From Acidobacteriota bacterium (GTDB taxonomy: Bacteria > Acidobacteriota > Vicinamibacteria > Vicinamibacterales > UBA2999), in assembly GCA_032156805.1 (NCBI GenBank), contig JALDXQ010000003.1, positions 6,466 through 70,465 on the forward strand: a DNA stretch of 64,000 bases, in the 5' to 3' direction. Position 1 is the stretch's first letter. Each line of letters begins with the position of its first letter. The position numbers were made by a program, and so were the translations under genes. Below, piece by piece: positions 8,789 to 17,888 of the stretch. The notes under the pieces are model-generated. The model searched no databases, had not been told where the DNA came from, and worked only from the letters and a program-made list of their open reading frames with translations.

Positions 8789-9862
8789 GTGACCACGACG
8801 TCATCCCGTTTTCGATCCGGTCGTCGTGCGAGCGCAGCGTCTGGCAAACCGGCTGGACGCCGGTTCACGATCGCTGGCAAACCGGCTGGGCGCCGGTTCA
8901 CGATCGCTGGCAAACCAGCTGGGCCCTGGTTTGCTGTAGCGACGTTGCTGGTTTCGCTGTGCACGGCCTGCTCGTCGGGGGCAGCGGCTCCGCAGCCACA
9001 ACAGCTCAGGCTGTGGTCCGGCATCGCGCCGCGGTTCACCAACGATTTGATCCAGCGCTTCAACAGCGCGCTTCCCCAGACCTACATCAGCCTGCAGCCA
9101 ACCTCGGGCGGCGTCGTCGCCGTGTCAGCGGTGGACGGCGGGGAAGGGCAGTTGGGGCTCGCCCAGGCCGATGTCGTGTACCTCGCCTACCGGCGCGGCA
9201 TCGAGCGCAACCAGTATCCGCACAAGAACCTTCGCGCGATCGCGGTCCTGTGGGTGAACACTTTTCACGTGCTGGTCAGGCGTGACAGCTCCTTCATGTC
9301 GATCGAGGATCTGAAGGGCCAACGCGTCGGCATCATCCCGCCGGGGACGTCGGGCGAGTTCTCGACGCGGATCGTGCTGAGCGCCCACGGTCTCAGCTAC
9401 GCGGACATGCAGCCGATCTTCGAGCCCACCGACAGCCTCGTGCCGAAGCTCGCGTCGGGCCAGATCGACGCGGTGTTCAGCGCGAACCCGCTCATGCTGA
9501 CCGCCACCCGTACGCTCAGCCAGAGCGTCCCGCTCCGCCTGTTGCCAATCGGCCGCACCGTGACCAACCGGCTGCGCGGCAGCTATCCGTTCCTCAGGCC
9601 AGTGACGGTTGCCGCCAACCAACTCACGGGTCAGAGTCGGCCGATTGAGACGCTCGGCGCGGAGTGGCTGCTCGTCTGTCGCAGCGATCTGTCCGAGGAT
9701 CTCGTCTATCAGTTGACGCGAGCGTTCTTCGATCAGCTGCCTGCGCTGGCGCGCGATCACGGTGAAGCCGCGCTCATCGATCCCGATCAGGCACCTGCGG
9801 CTCCGATCCCCCTGCATGCCGGCGCGGCCCGCTATTATCGCGAGCGCGAGATCCTGCGATGA
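8789..9862 (+). CDS. TAXI-family TRAP-type solute-binding lipoprotein
   Basis: Lipobox-like SLCTAC; PTSGG, QLGLAQAD, DLKGQRVG..GTSG and PIPLHAGAARYYRE are typical of TAXI; TATAAT at 8756-8761 upstream; start uncertain. Confidence 0.85.
   Translation: MTTTSSRFRSGRRASAASGKPAGRRFTIAGKPAGRRFTIAGKPAGPWFAVATLLVSLCTACSSGAAAPQPQQLRLWSGIAPRFTNDLIQRFNSALPQTYISLQPTSGGVVAVSAVDGGEGQLGLAQADVVYLAYRRGIERNQYPHKNLRAIAVLWVNTFHVLVRRDSSFMSIEDLKGQRVGIIPPGTSGEFSTRIVLSAHGLSYADMQPIFEPTDSLVPKLASGQIDAVFSANPLMLTATRTLSQSVPLRLLPIGRTVTNRLRGSYPFLRPVTVAANQLTGQSRPIETLGAEWLLVCRSDLSEDLVYQLTRAFFDQLPALARDHGEAALIDPDQAPAAPIPLHAGAARYYREREILR
8841..8939 (+). repeat. 33-bp in-frame tandem repeat x3 (GKPAGRRFTIA)
   Basis: CTGGCAAACCGGCTGGRCGCCGGTTCACGATCG at 8841 and 8874; degenerate third copy at 8907. 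Confidence 0.9.
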
Positions 9863-11700
9863 TCGAGACAGGATCCGCTTCGGATCAGGCTGCGGCGGAC
9901 AAGCCGCAGGCCGTGGTTGGCGCCGAGCTGAACCAACCCAATGCTGGTGTGTTCGGGTGGCTTCACCGGCATGTGACGTTCGGCCGGCGGCGAGTTGCCG
10001 ATGGCGCCGTCCGTCTTCCAACCATCATGACGTTCGTTGTCGCAATGTTCGCAGCGACCGTCGCGCTGGTGTGGTTCGGGTACGTGGCCACTCGCGAGTG
10101 GCGGAGCGGTACGAATCTGCTCCTCGAACGGCGCGCCAACGAGGCACTGGCGCTCGTGCGCGCGGCGCTCAGTGCCGACATGAAGGGAGCCTGGATTACG
10201 ACTCTCGTCCCCTTCAACACCACGATGCTGGACGAGGATCCGCCGTACAACATGTTTCAGGTCTCTGCGCGCAGCTTTGCGCGGTTCCCTTATCCTGAGT
10301 CGTTCGTGCTGTGGAAAAACACCAGCCCTCGGCAAGGCTTCGGCGAGGCCGAAGGCAATACCTACGTGTTCAATCGCGCCGATCGCCCACCGCCGTGGGA
10401 CACGCGGCCGTCGTCGGACGATCCTTTCCCGGTCGTGCTGGTGCGCGACCCGCCCGTGCTGGCTGGGCTCGTCGCGGATATCCGAAAGCATGCGACGGCG
10501 GCGTCGCCGTTCATCATGCTGGAGCGACCAATCGAGGGGACGCCCTACCAGATCGTCGCGCACGCGATCTTTGCGTCAGGTCCGTCTCACACACTCCTGG
10601 GATTCATGGCCTTCACGGTCAACGAGCGGTGGCTGCACACGCAGTATTTCGATCCCCTGGTCGAACAGGTCGAGAAGATCGGTGGAGGACAGGGCCTCTC
10701 GATTACGGTGTCCGACGATGAGGGCCAGGTGGTGACGAAGACCGCGCCGGTGGAGCCTCACGACGGCGACCTGCACACGCGATTCCCACTCCTGTTCATC
10801 GATCCGGCGCTCGTCAAGTCGATCCCGGCGCGACCGGCACGCGTCCGCGAGTGGACGGTGCACGTACGGTCGCTGCCGGATCAGACGCTCGTTGCGACGC
10901 TCCAGGGCGCACGGCGGATGTTCATCCTGATTTCGATTGCGGCGGGCGCGAGTCTGCTGGCACTCGTCCTGACGGTTCGCGCCGACCGGGCGAGCGCGGC
11001 GCTGGCGTCGATGAAATCCGATTTCGTCGCCGCCGTGACGCACGAGCTGAAGACGCCGGTGGCGTCCATCCGGCTCGTGGGCGACACCCTTGCCAACGGC
11101 CGTTACACCTCGCCCACGACCGTGCGGGAATACGCTGGTCTGTTGTCGGTGGAAGCGTCCCGTCTCGGTGCTTCGATCGATAACCTCCTCACCTACGCGC
11201 GCTACAACAGCTCCGATGCGGCGGCGGCGACCGAACTCGCCGACGTCGAGCCGGCCGATCTGGTCGAGGACGCGCTGCAGGGCGTTCGGCCGGTGCTGGC
11301 CAACCTGGAGTTCGATCTGGTCGTTGATGTGCCGGCCGATCTCCCGCAGATCTGTGTCGATCGGCCAGCGATGATTCAGGCGCTCGACAACATCGTGGAC
11401 AACGCGATCAAGTACTCGACGACGGCCAAGCACCTGGCCATAAGAGGCAGCGCCACCGGCAAGAGCGTCACGCTGACCGTCCAGGATCGCGGGACCGGCA
11501 TTGCCCGCAAGGACCTGTCGCGTGTCTTCGAACGCTTCTATCGGGGCGGCAACGTCACCGTCAGCGGCAGCGGCCTCGGGTTGCCGATCGCGAAACGCAT
11601 CGTCGAGAGCCATGGAGGGAAGATCGCCGTGCGCAGCGCCGTCGGATCGGGAACCGAAGTCGATGTGACGCTGCCGATCGGCCGGGGTCGAAGCGCGTGA
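9859..11700 (+). CDS. Membrane sensor histidine kinase
   Basis: Two TM segments around a periplasmic domain; H-box HELKTP, N-box NIVDNAIKYS, DRGTGI, GSGLGL; ATGA overlap with the TAXI stop. Confidence 0.95.
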   Translation: MIETGSASDQAAADKPQAVVGAELNQPNAGVFGWLHRHVTFGRRRVADGAVRLPTIMTFVVAMFAATVALVWFGYVATREWRSGTNLLLERRANEALALVRAALSADMKGAWITTLVPFNTTMLDEDPPYNMFQVSARSFARFPYPESFVLWKNTSPRQGFGEAEGNTYVFNRADRPPPWDTRPSSDDPFPVVLVRDPPVLAGLVADIRKHATAASPFIMLERPIEGTPYQIVAHAIFASGPSHTLLGFMAFTVNERWLHTQYFDPLVEQVEKIGGGQGLSITVSDDEGQVVTKTAPVEPHDGDLHTRFPLLFIDPALVKSIPARPARVREWTVHVRSLPDQTLVATLQGARRMFILISIAAGASLLALVLTVRADRASAALASMKSDFVAAVTHELKTPVASIRLVGDTLANGRYTSPTTVREYAGLLSVEASRLGASIDNLLTYARYNSSDAAAATELADVEPADLVEDALQGVRPVLANLEFDLVVDVPADLPQICVDRPAMIQALDNIVDNAIKYSTTAKHLAIRGSATGKSVTLTVQDRGTGIARKDLSRVFERFYRGGNVTVSGSGLGLPIAKRIVESHGGKIAVRSAVGSGTEVDVTLPIGRGRSA

Positions 11701-11713
11701 GCGTGAACGAAGT

Positions 11714-12400
11714 ATGCACATGGCCAAGCGCGTCCTGATCATCGAAGACGACAAGGCAATTGCCCGACTGCTTCGCGACAACCTGGAGTACGAGGGGTTC
11801 GTTGTCGAAACGTGCGACAACGGTCACGACGCGCTCCCGTCGGTCAAGCGGTTCACGCCGGACTTGCTGCTCCTCGACCTGATGCTCCCGCACGGCGCCG
11901 ACGGTTTCGACATCTGCCGGGCGCTGCACGAGAGCCCGACTCGCGTCCCGGTGATCATCCTGTCGGCCCGCGGGCAGAAAGAGGATCGCATCAAGGGACT
12001 GACGCTCGGCGCCGACGACTACGTGACGAAGCCTTTCGCCCTCGACGAATTGCTGGCGCGCGTGCACGCCGTCCTGCGCCGGACCAAGCCTCCCATCGAA
12101 CAGCTGCAGCTTGGCAACACAGTCATCGACTTTCGACGGTTGCGGGCCTACTGCGGCACGAGGCGGGTGGAACTGACCGATCGGGAGTTCGAGATCCTCC
12201 ACTGCCTCGCGGAACGGGCCGGACACGTGGTGACGCGGGACGAGTTGTTGCACCTGGTCTGGGGCTATTCGGATGCGCCGCTCACACGTACCGTGGACAA
12301 TTTCATCTTTCGGCTTCGCCACAAGCTGGAGCCTGATCCTCGCCATCCCACCTACATCCGCAAGGCGTACGGCGATGGCTACCGGCTGATCATCGAATAG
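11714..12400 (+). CDS. OmpR/PhoB-family response regulator
   Basis: IIEDD, LLLLDLMLP, GADDYVTKPF, winged helix RTVDNFIFRLRHKLE. Confidence 0.95.
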   Translation: MHMAKRVLIIEDDKAIARLLRDNLEYEGFVVETCDNGHDALPSVKRFTPDLLLLDLMLPHGADGFDICRALHESPTRVPVIILSARGQKEDRIKGLTLGADDYVTKPFALDELLARVHAVLRRTKPPIEQLQLGNTVIDFRRLRAYCGTRRVELTDREFEILHCLAERAGHVVTRDELLHLVWGYSDAPLTRTVDNFIFRLRHKLEPDPRHPTYIRKAYGDGYRLIIE

Positions 12401-12522
12401 TCCCGTCAGCACCGCCAGCCAGGTTGCGGTGCGACATCTGAAGATGCCGCCGACGTGGTGAGCGTCTTTGCAGTTGTCTTCCGGGTCGTCGGGCGATAAC
12501 CTCAACCCGCAGAAGAGGTCAT

Positions 12523-13368
12523 ATGTCCAGCCGGATGTTCGCCGTTGCGATTGTGTGCGCCGCAGTCGTTTCGTTGGACGCCCAGTGGCTCAACTATCCC
12601 GCGGCGGGCATTCCGAGGACCAAGGACGGGAAGCCCGATCTTTCTGCGCGTACTCCACGCACGGCCGACGGCAAGCCCGATCTGTCAGGGGTGTGGACAA
12701 CCGATCCCACGCCGGTCGCTGAGATGGAGCGTCTCTTTCCAGACCTCGGCGCGTTCGCGGTCCCAGGCGATGATCCCAGGTTTTTCCCCAAGTTCTTCAT
12801 CAACGTGTTTGCGGATGTGAGGCGCGAAGACGTGCCGATCAAACCCGCAGCGCTGCAGTTGCTGATGGAGCGCGGGAAGAATTTCGGCAAGGACAATCCA
12901 ACGTCCCACTGTCTGCCGGCAAGCGTTCCGATGGGCGACTTGCTACCGATCCCGCGACGGTTCATTCAAGTACGCGGCTTGCTGGTCGTCCTGTATGAAG
13001 GGTACAACCCTCAACGTCTGATCTACATGGATGGACGAAAGCATCCCGTCGACCCGCAGCCGTCGTGGATGGGCTACTCAGTCGGCAGGTGGGAGGGAGA
13101 CACGCTCGTGATCGACACGCGCGGTTTCAACGATCGCGCCTGGCTCGATGCCTTCGGGCATCCAAGGACCGAGGCCATGCACATCGTCGAACGTTGGCGA
13201 CGACGTGACTTTGGGCACATCGACGTCGAGACCAGGTTCGACGATCCGGGCGCCTACACCAAGCCGTTTTCGATTCGCTACACCCAGACGCTGACGCCCG
13301 ATACTGATGTGATCGAGGGCGTCTGTGCTGAGAACGAGAAAGATCGGATCCATCTGGACGCCAAGTAG
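12523..13368 (+). CDS. Exported protein of the 'GKPDLSGxW' family
   Basis: Signal peptide; PRTADGKPDLSGVW, HCLP, GRWEGDTLVIDT, EGVCAENE; paralogues at 34671, 35651 and 49609. Confidence 0.8.
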   Translation: MSSRMFAVAIVCAAVVSLDAQWLNYPAAGIPRTKDGKPDLSARTPRTADGKPDLSGVWTTDPTPVAEMERLFPDLGAFAVPGDDPRFFPKFFINVFADVRREDVPIKPAALQLLMERGKNFGKDNPTSHCLPASVPMGDLLPIPRRFIQVRGLLVVLYEGYNPQRLIYMDGRKHPVDPQPSWMGYSVGRWEGDTLVIDTRGFNDRAWLDAFGHPRTEAMHIVERWRRRDFGHIDVETRFDDPGAYTKPFSIRYTQTLTPDTDVIEGVCAENEKDRIHLDAK

Positions 13369-13420
13369 GCCTGCTCGTGCGGGGGCAGTCGGAATTGCGC
13401 GACCTGGCGAACAACTGCGT

Positions 13421-13879
13421 TCACGACAAGGTCCGGAAGATCAGCCACGCGCCGCCGATAGCGATCGCATCTTCGATGACGGCGGCAGGCGGATCCTTCT
13501 TGAACATTGCGGCCAGGCGCAGGCGGAAGGCGTGTCCGCCGAGGGTGCCGATCACGGCGCCCGCGATGCCGGCGAGGAGCCCGCCGAGCATCGCGCCGTG
13601 AGGCGACCCGATTGCGGCACCGCAGATCGCGCCGCTCAGTAGTCGCGCGCCGAATTGCATCGGCACAGTACGACTGGGCGTCGACGGCAGTTGATCGCCG
13701 ACGAACTCACCGAGGGCGAGGAGCGTGAAGATCCAGGGTGTCCACGCGTAGCCGAAAAAGGCGAGCCAGCTGCCTTCCAATGCGAGCCGCCCCGACCACG
13801 CCGCCCAGCTGATTGCCGTTGGCGCGGTAAAGGTACGGAGACCCGCGACGATGCCGATCAAGAGTGCGAGGCCATACAC
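13421..13879 (-). CDS. DUF4126-like membrane protein
   Basis: Hydrophobic; GIVAGLRTFTAP, LALGEFVGDQLPSTPSR and AAVIEDAIA motifs. Confidence 0.75.
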   Translation of the reverse strand: MYGLALLIGIVAGLRTFTAPTAISWAAWSGRLALEGSWLAFFGYAWTPWIFTLLALGEFVGDQLPSTPSRTVPMQFGARLLSGAICGAAIGSPHGAMLGGLLAGIAGAVIGTLGGHAFRLRLAAMFKKDPPAAVIEDAIAIGGAWLIFRTLS

Positions 13880-13920
13880 GTGAAAAGGATACCTCTGCAG
13901 GCTTCGATCTGACGCGTCGT

Positions 13921-13949
13921 TTGACAAGCCGCGGCACCAACAGTAGCGT
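13921..13949 (+). promoter_or_regulatory. Sigma70-type promoter
   Basis: TTGACA-17 bp-TAGCGT, 18 bp upstream of the ATG at 13968. Confidence 0.6.
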
Positions 13950-13967
13950 TGCGCCGGCGGGGGATTC

Positions 13968-15497
13968 ATGAAAACTCTGATTGCGTTCGCATGCGTCCTT
14001 GGGTTCGGCACCGTCGTGAATGCCCAGGGCACCTCCCTTGGAGCCGCCGAGTGCGAGCAGCTGACCGCCTCGCTCGGCGCACACGACGTCAAGGTCACCG
14101 CGGCCTCGGCCATCGCGGCGGGTCACTTCAACCCTCCACCCACTGGCGGCTCGAGTGCGGCGCCAGCGCCGCTGAAGGACCTGCCGGCCTTCTGCCGCGT
14201 GCAACTGACGCTGACGCCGTCCGCCGACTCGGACATCCGATCCGAGATCTGGCTGCCGATGACGAACTGGAACGGGAAGTTTCAGCAGGTCGGCAATGGC
14301 GGGTGGGGTGGGTCGATTCAATACGCCGCGCTCGCAACCGCGCTCCGCCGGGGGTACGCGACTGCATCCACCGACACCGGCCACGTTGGCGACACGGCGC
14401 GATTCGCGCTGGGTCATCCAGAGAAGCTGATTGATTTCGGTTACCGCGCGGTGCACGAGACGGCCGTACGAAGCAAGGCGGCCATCACCGCCGCCTACGG
14501 CGCCGGCCCGCGCTTCTCCTATTTCAACGGGTGTTCCGGAGGCGGCCGCCAGGGGTTCATGGAGGCGCAGCGTTATCCGGACGACTTCGACGCGATCATC
14601 GCCGGCGCGCCCGGCTACAACCGCACTGACCAGAGCTTTCAGCTCGTGCTCGCCTCGCAGGCGACACATCGCGACGAGGCCAGCTTCATTCCGGCGTCCA
14701 AGCTGCCCGCACTCCACAAGGCTGCACTCAATGCCTGCGACGCCAGAGACGGTGCGGCAGACGGCCTTATCAGCGATCCGATGACCTGCCGAATCGATCC
14801 CAGTGTGCTCGCGTGCAAGGATGCAGACGGCGCCGAGTGCCTGACTCCCGCGCAGATCGAGTCGGCCAAGCGGATCTATGCGCCGGTGATCGATCCGCGC
14901 ACGGGCCGTGAGGTCTTTCCTGGTGTCGAAGCCGGCAGTGAGCCGCGCTGGACGGTGAACGCCGGCGGCCCGAGGCCGCTCGGCATGTCCGAGGAGCTGT
15001 TCAAATACGTAGTCTTCAAGGATCCCGAGTGGGATTTCCGCACGCTCGACGTGGCGAAGCATCTCGACATGGCACGCGCGGCCGATGGCGGCACGATCAG
15101 CGCGACCTCGCCGAACATCAAACCGTTCATCGATCGCGGCGGGAAGCTGATCATCTACCACGGCTGGGGCGACACGAACGTCCCGCCCCGGTCGTCGGTC
15201 AACTACTACGACAAGCTGGTGGAGGCGCTTGGCGCGAACCAGGTCGCGAGCTCGATGCGCCTCTATCTCGTGCCCGGCATGGGGCATTGCGGGGGCGGCG
15301 AGGGGCCGAACGTGTTCGATATGGTCACCGTCGCCGAAGAGTGGCGCGAACAAGGGAAGGCGCCGGCGGATGTGATCGCGTCACAGGTCGTCGACGGGAA
15401 CGTCGTCCGCACGCGTCCGCTGTGCCAGTACCCGCTCGTCTCGCGTTACAAGGGGTCAGGGAGCCTCGATCAGGCCGCCAGCTTCGAGTGCCGTTGA
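13968..15497 (+). CDS. Tannase/feruloyl esterase family alpha/beta hydrolase
   Basis: Signal peptide; GCSGGGRQG nucleophile motif, HGWGD, PGMGHC, RTRPLCQYP. Confidence 0.92.
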   Translation: MKTLIAFACVLGFGTVVNAQGTSLGAAECEQLTASLGAHDVKVTAASAIAAGHFNPPPTGGSSAAPAPLKDLPAFCRVQLTLTPSADSDIRSEIWLPMTNWNGKFQQVGNGGWGGSIQYAALATALRRGYATASTDTGHVGDTARFALGHPEKLIDFGYRAVHETAVRSKAAITAAYGAGPRFSYFNGCSGGGRQGFMEAQRYPDDFDAIIAGAPGYNRTDQSFQLVLASQATHRDEASFIPASKLPALHKAALNACDARDGAADGLISDPMTCRIDPSVLACKDADGAECLTPAQIESAKRIYAPVIDPRTGREVFPGVEAGSEPRWTVNAGGPRPLGMSEELFKYVVFKDPEWDFRTLDVAKHLDMARAADGGTISATSPNIKPFIDRGGKLIIYHGWGDTNVPPRSSVNYYDKLVEALGANQVASSMRLYLVPGMGHCGGGEGPNVFDMVTVAEEWREQGKAPADVIASQVVDGNVVRTRPLCQYPLVSRYKGSGSLDQAASFECR

Positions 15498-15535
15498 GCG
15501 TGCGATCTTCTTCACTCCATAGAGTGAGAATTTCG

Positions 15536-16324
15536 TCATTCAGGTGGTGTGAGTCCGGCCTTCAGGATCGTCGAAATCGCGTCGGGCGACGCGAGAAAGC
15601 GAAGCAACGCGCGGGCTGCCTCAGGCTGCCGGGCCGCACTGGTGATCGCTCCTGCGAACGAAAACCCCGGCTGGAGTTCGGCGGGGATCGCGCCGACGAA
15701 GGTGACACCGGGCACGTGTATGAGCTCGCTCACCTGCTGAAAGCCGATCTCGACCTCTCCACGTGCGACAACCGCGGCTACTGGCTCGCCTGACGGCGGT
15801 CCACGTACCTTCCGACTCTTGCGGGCCACCTGGTCCGCGATACCGAGTTGGGCGAACAGCGTGCTGGATAGATACGTGCCGCTGCCGCTATCCGAGTAGC
15901 CGATGGACTTCGCGGCAAGCAGCGTGTTCTTGAACGCCTCGACGCTGCCGATGTTTGGTGTCGGGGTGCCGGCCCGCACCACCATGCCGATCCGCGAACG
16001 CGCGAGGTCGACCTTGCTGCTGGCGATGACCACTCCCCGTTGCGCGAGCTCGTCAGCGGCTCCTCCGTCCAGGATCACGACGTCCGCGGTTTCGCCTCGG
16101 GCGAGGCGCGTGGGAATCGCTTCTGGAGAATCGCCCATCGACGGACCGCGTGTCGTGATCAGGCGGTGGCCAGTGGCGCGTTCGAATGCCGGGCCGAGCT
16201 CGGCATAGACGGAATAGAAGCCTGCCGAGATCATCACTCGGAGGTCCTCGGCAGCCGCCGATCCCGGGAGCAACAGGGCGAACAGGCCAAGCGTGGCCGA
16301 GCGAGCGAGCGACGATGCTTTCAT
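15536..16324 (-). CDS. ModA-like substrate-binding-fold protein, aconitate-isomerase-like
   Basis: Signal peptide; GPSMGDSPEAIPTRLARGETADVV, YSDSGSG, GFQQVSEL; no ABC permease or ATPase adjacent. Confidence 0.75.
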   Translation of the reverse strand: MKASSLARSATLGLFALLLPGSAAAEDLRVMISAGFYSVYAELGPAFERATGHRLITTRGPSMGDSPEAIPTRLARGETADVVILDGGAADELAQRGVVIASSKVDLARSRIGMVVRAGTPTPNIGSVEAFKNTLLAAKSIGYSDSGSGTYLSSTLFAQLGIADQVARKSRKVRGPPSGEPVAAVVARGEVEIGFQQVSELIHVPGVTFVGAIPAELQPGFSFAGAITSAARQPEAARALLRFLASPDAISTILKAGLTPPE

Positions 16325-16406
16325 GAGGCGTCCGCGTCGGGATGTTCGGACATTGGAGCTCAGTGTGTCAACGATCGGTTGTGAGTCGCTCGGTTGTGAG
16401 CTCCTT

Positions 16407-17246
16407 TCAGCGTCGCCGGTAGGTCCGGCCATCTCTGTGCAGCGCCACAATCCGGCCCTGTTCGATCATCAGCACGAGCGCGTCGGTCCCGTCGTGGAAC
16501 GAGAGGTGCACCTCGTCGCCGACGACTTCGTACGAACCCCACTCCTCGCTGGCGCCTCCTCCAAGCACTGTACCCCTGCCGCCGGCGATCATGGTCTTCT
16601 TCACGTCGTTGCCAGACGCGAATTCGAAGACCGTGGTGAAGGAACCTCCCGGACGGCTGTCGGAGGCGAGAAACTCCGCGCCCTCGAGCGCACGCTCGAT
16701 CGCCGGATCGCGCTGCGGCGGGCGAGGCTGGACCGAGTGAAGGATGCGCTTCACGCCGGGAAGGAACCGGGCTTCCTGGCCCGCGACGATGACCGAGAGG
16801 ACGGCGAGGTAGTAGCCGTCCTGGGCCACGCCGCCAACCCAGACCTGCACGTTGCGACCGCCGGCTCGTCCTCTCCATTGCTTCACGAGCCCGGACAGAT
16901 GCGCCAGATCGACCGGCAGCGGCGGCGCGCCGTCGTCGACGACCTCGATGCCTTGTGACTGCAGGTCGCGCAGCAGCGCCGGCTGGATGTCTCGAAATGT
17001 TTCGGTGAGGCTGGCTGCAGTTCGAGCCGGGTCCAGCTCTCCCAGGTTGACGACGACGAGCGCATCGAGCGTGTCGGTTGAGGTGAGCCCGGGGTTGATC
17101 ACCAGGCCGCTTTCGCTCTGGCTCGCGACCGACCAGCCTGCCGGCATCTCGATCGAGAACCACCCTCGAGGATGCAGGAAGGTCGTGACTGCACCACGAT
17201 GCATGCCCTCGAGCGGCGCGGGCGGCGATTGAGGCGAGTGAGCCAT
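16407..17246 (-). CDS. Hypothetical protein
   Basis: Long ORF with coding-like composition downstream of the ECF/cupin pair; no motif recognised; start uncertain. Confidence 0.6.
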   Translation of the reverse strand: MAHSPQSPPAPLEGMHRGAVTTFLHPRGWFSIEMPAGWSVASQSESGLVINPGLTSTDTLDALVVVNLGELDPARTAASLTETFRDIQPALLRDLQSQGIEVVDDGAPPLPVDLAHLSGLVKQWRGRAGGRNVQVWVGGVAQDGYYLAVLSVIVAGQEARFLPGVKRILHSVQPRPPQRDPAIERALEGAEFLASDSRPGGSFTTVFEFASGNDVKKTMIAGGRGTVLGGGASEEWGSYEVVGDEVHLSFHDGTDALVLMIEQGRIVALHRDGRTYRRR

Positions 17247-17339
17247 GGGAACCTCGACGGCGATATCGTAGAGGATAGCAATCATAGCGATCTGTCCAGG
17301 CCGCTGTTGAATGTTCGGTGGTTCTGCGAGGCGGACTGC

Positions 17340-17888
17340 TTACTCGAGGACGTCGCTTGCAGCGGTCACAAGCAGCACCTCCACGCCTTCGTCGGTCCAC
17401 AGCTCCGCATGATCGCTCTCGCCGTCGGCGTGGTGGAAATCGCCCGCTCGCAGTACCTGGCCTTCGACGATCAGCGAGCCGCTGATCACGTAGCACTCCT
17501 CTGATCCGGAGTGACGATGGGCTGGATACCGGGCGCCGGGCTCGCCCTTGAGCAACATCGTCACCCGATCCCGCGCCCGGTCGATCGCGAGGATCTTCAT
17601 CCGCACGCCCGGTATCGGCGTCTCGATCCATGCCCCGTCGGCCGCGGTGATCGTGTGGTTGGACGGCTCGGCAATCCTGCTGAGCAGAACGTCGCGAACA
17701 CCGGCTGATGGCGTTTCGCCGATTGCGCTCGACGCGATCTCCACGCTGGCGTTGTACAGGTCAGCCACCTCCGCGCGCACATCGGGTGGGAGGGCGGCCA
17801 GGCGGGCCTCGAGTTCGCGACGCTCGTCCGGGTCGAGTGCGCCAATGGCGTCGGCGAGGGCTAGAGCCTCGATGTCATCCGGGATCAT
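17340..17888 (-). CDS. Anti-sigma factor with ChrR-like cupin domain
   Basis: N-terminal ALDPDERRELEARL anti-sigma-like helix; cupin YPAHRHSGSEECYVISG...GDFHHA..ESDH; ATGA overlap with the sigma stop. Confidence 0.85.
   Translation of the reverse strand: MIPDDIEALALADAIGALDPDERRELEARLAALPPDVRAEVADLYNASVEIASSAIGETPSAGVRDVLLSRIAEPSNHTITAADGAWIETPIPGVRMKILAIDRARDRVTMLLKGEPGARYPAHRHSGSEECYVISGSLIVEGQVLRAGDFHHADGESDHAELWTDEGVEVLLVTAASDVLE

Noticed and set aside
8841-8939. 33-bp repeats as a CRISPR array
   Set aside because: Copies are contiguous with no spacers, are in frame within a CDS, and no cas genes are present.
15536-16324. Call as modA
   Set aside because: No modBC nearby, and the motifs fit the aconitate-isomerase-like subgroup better.
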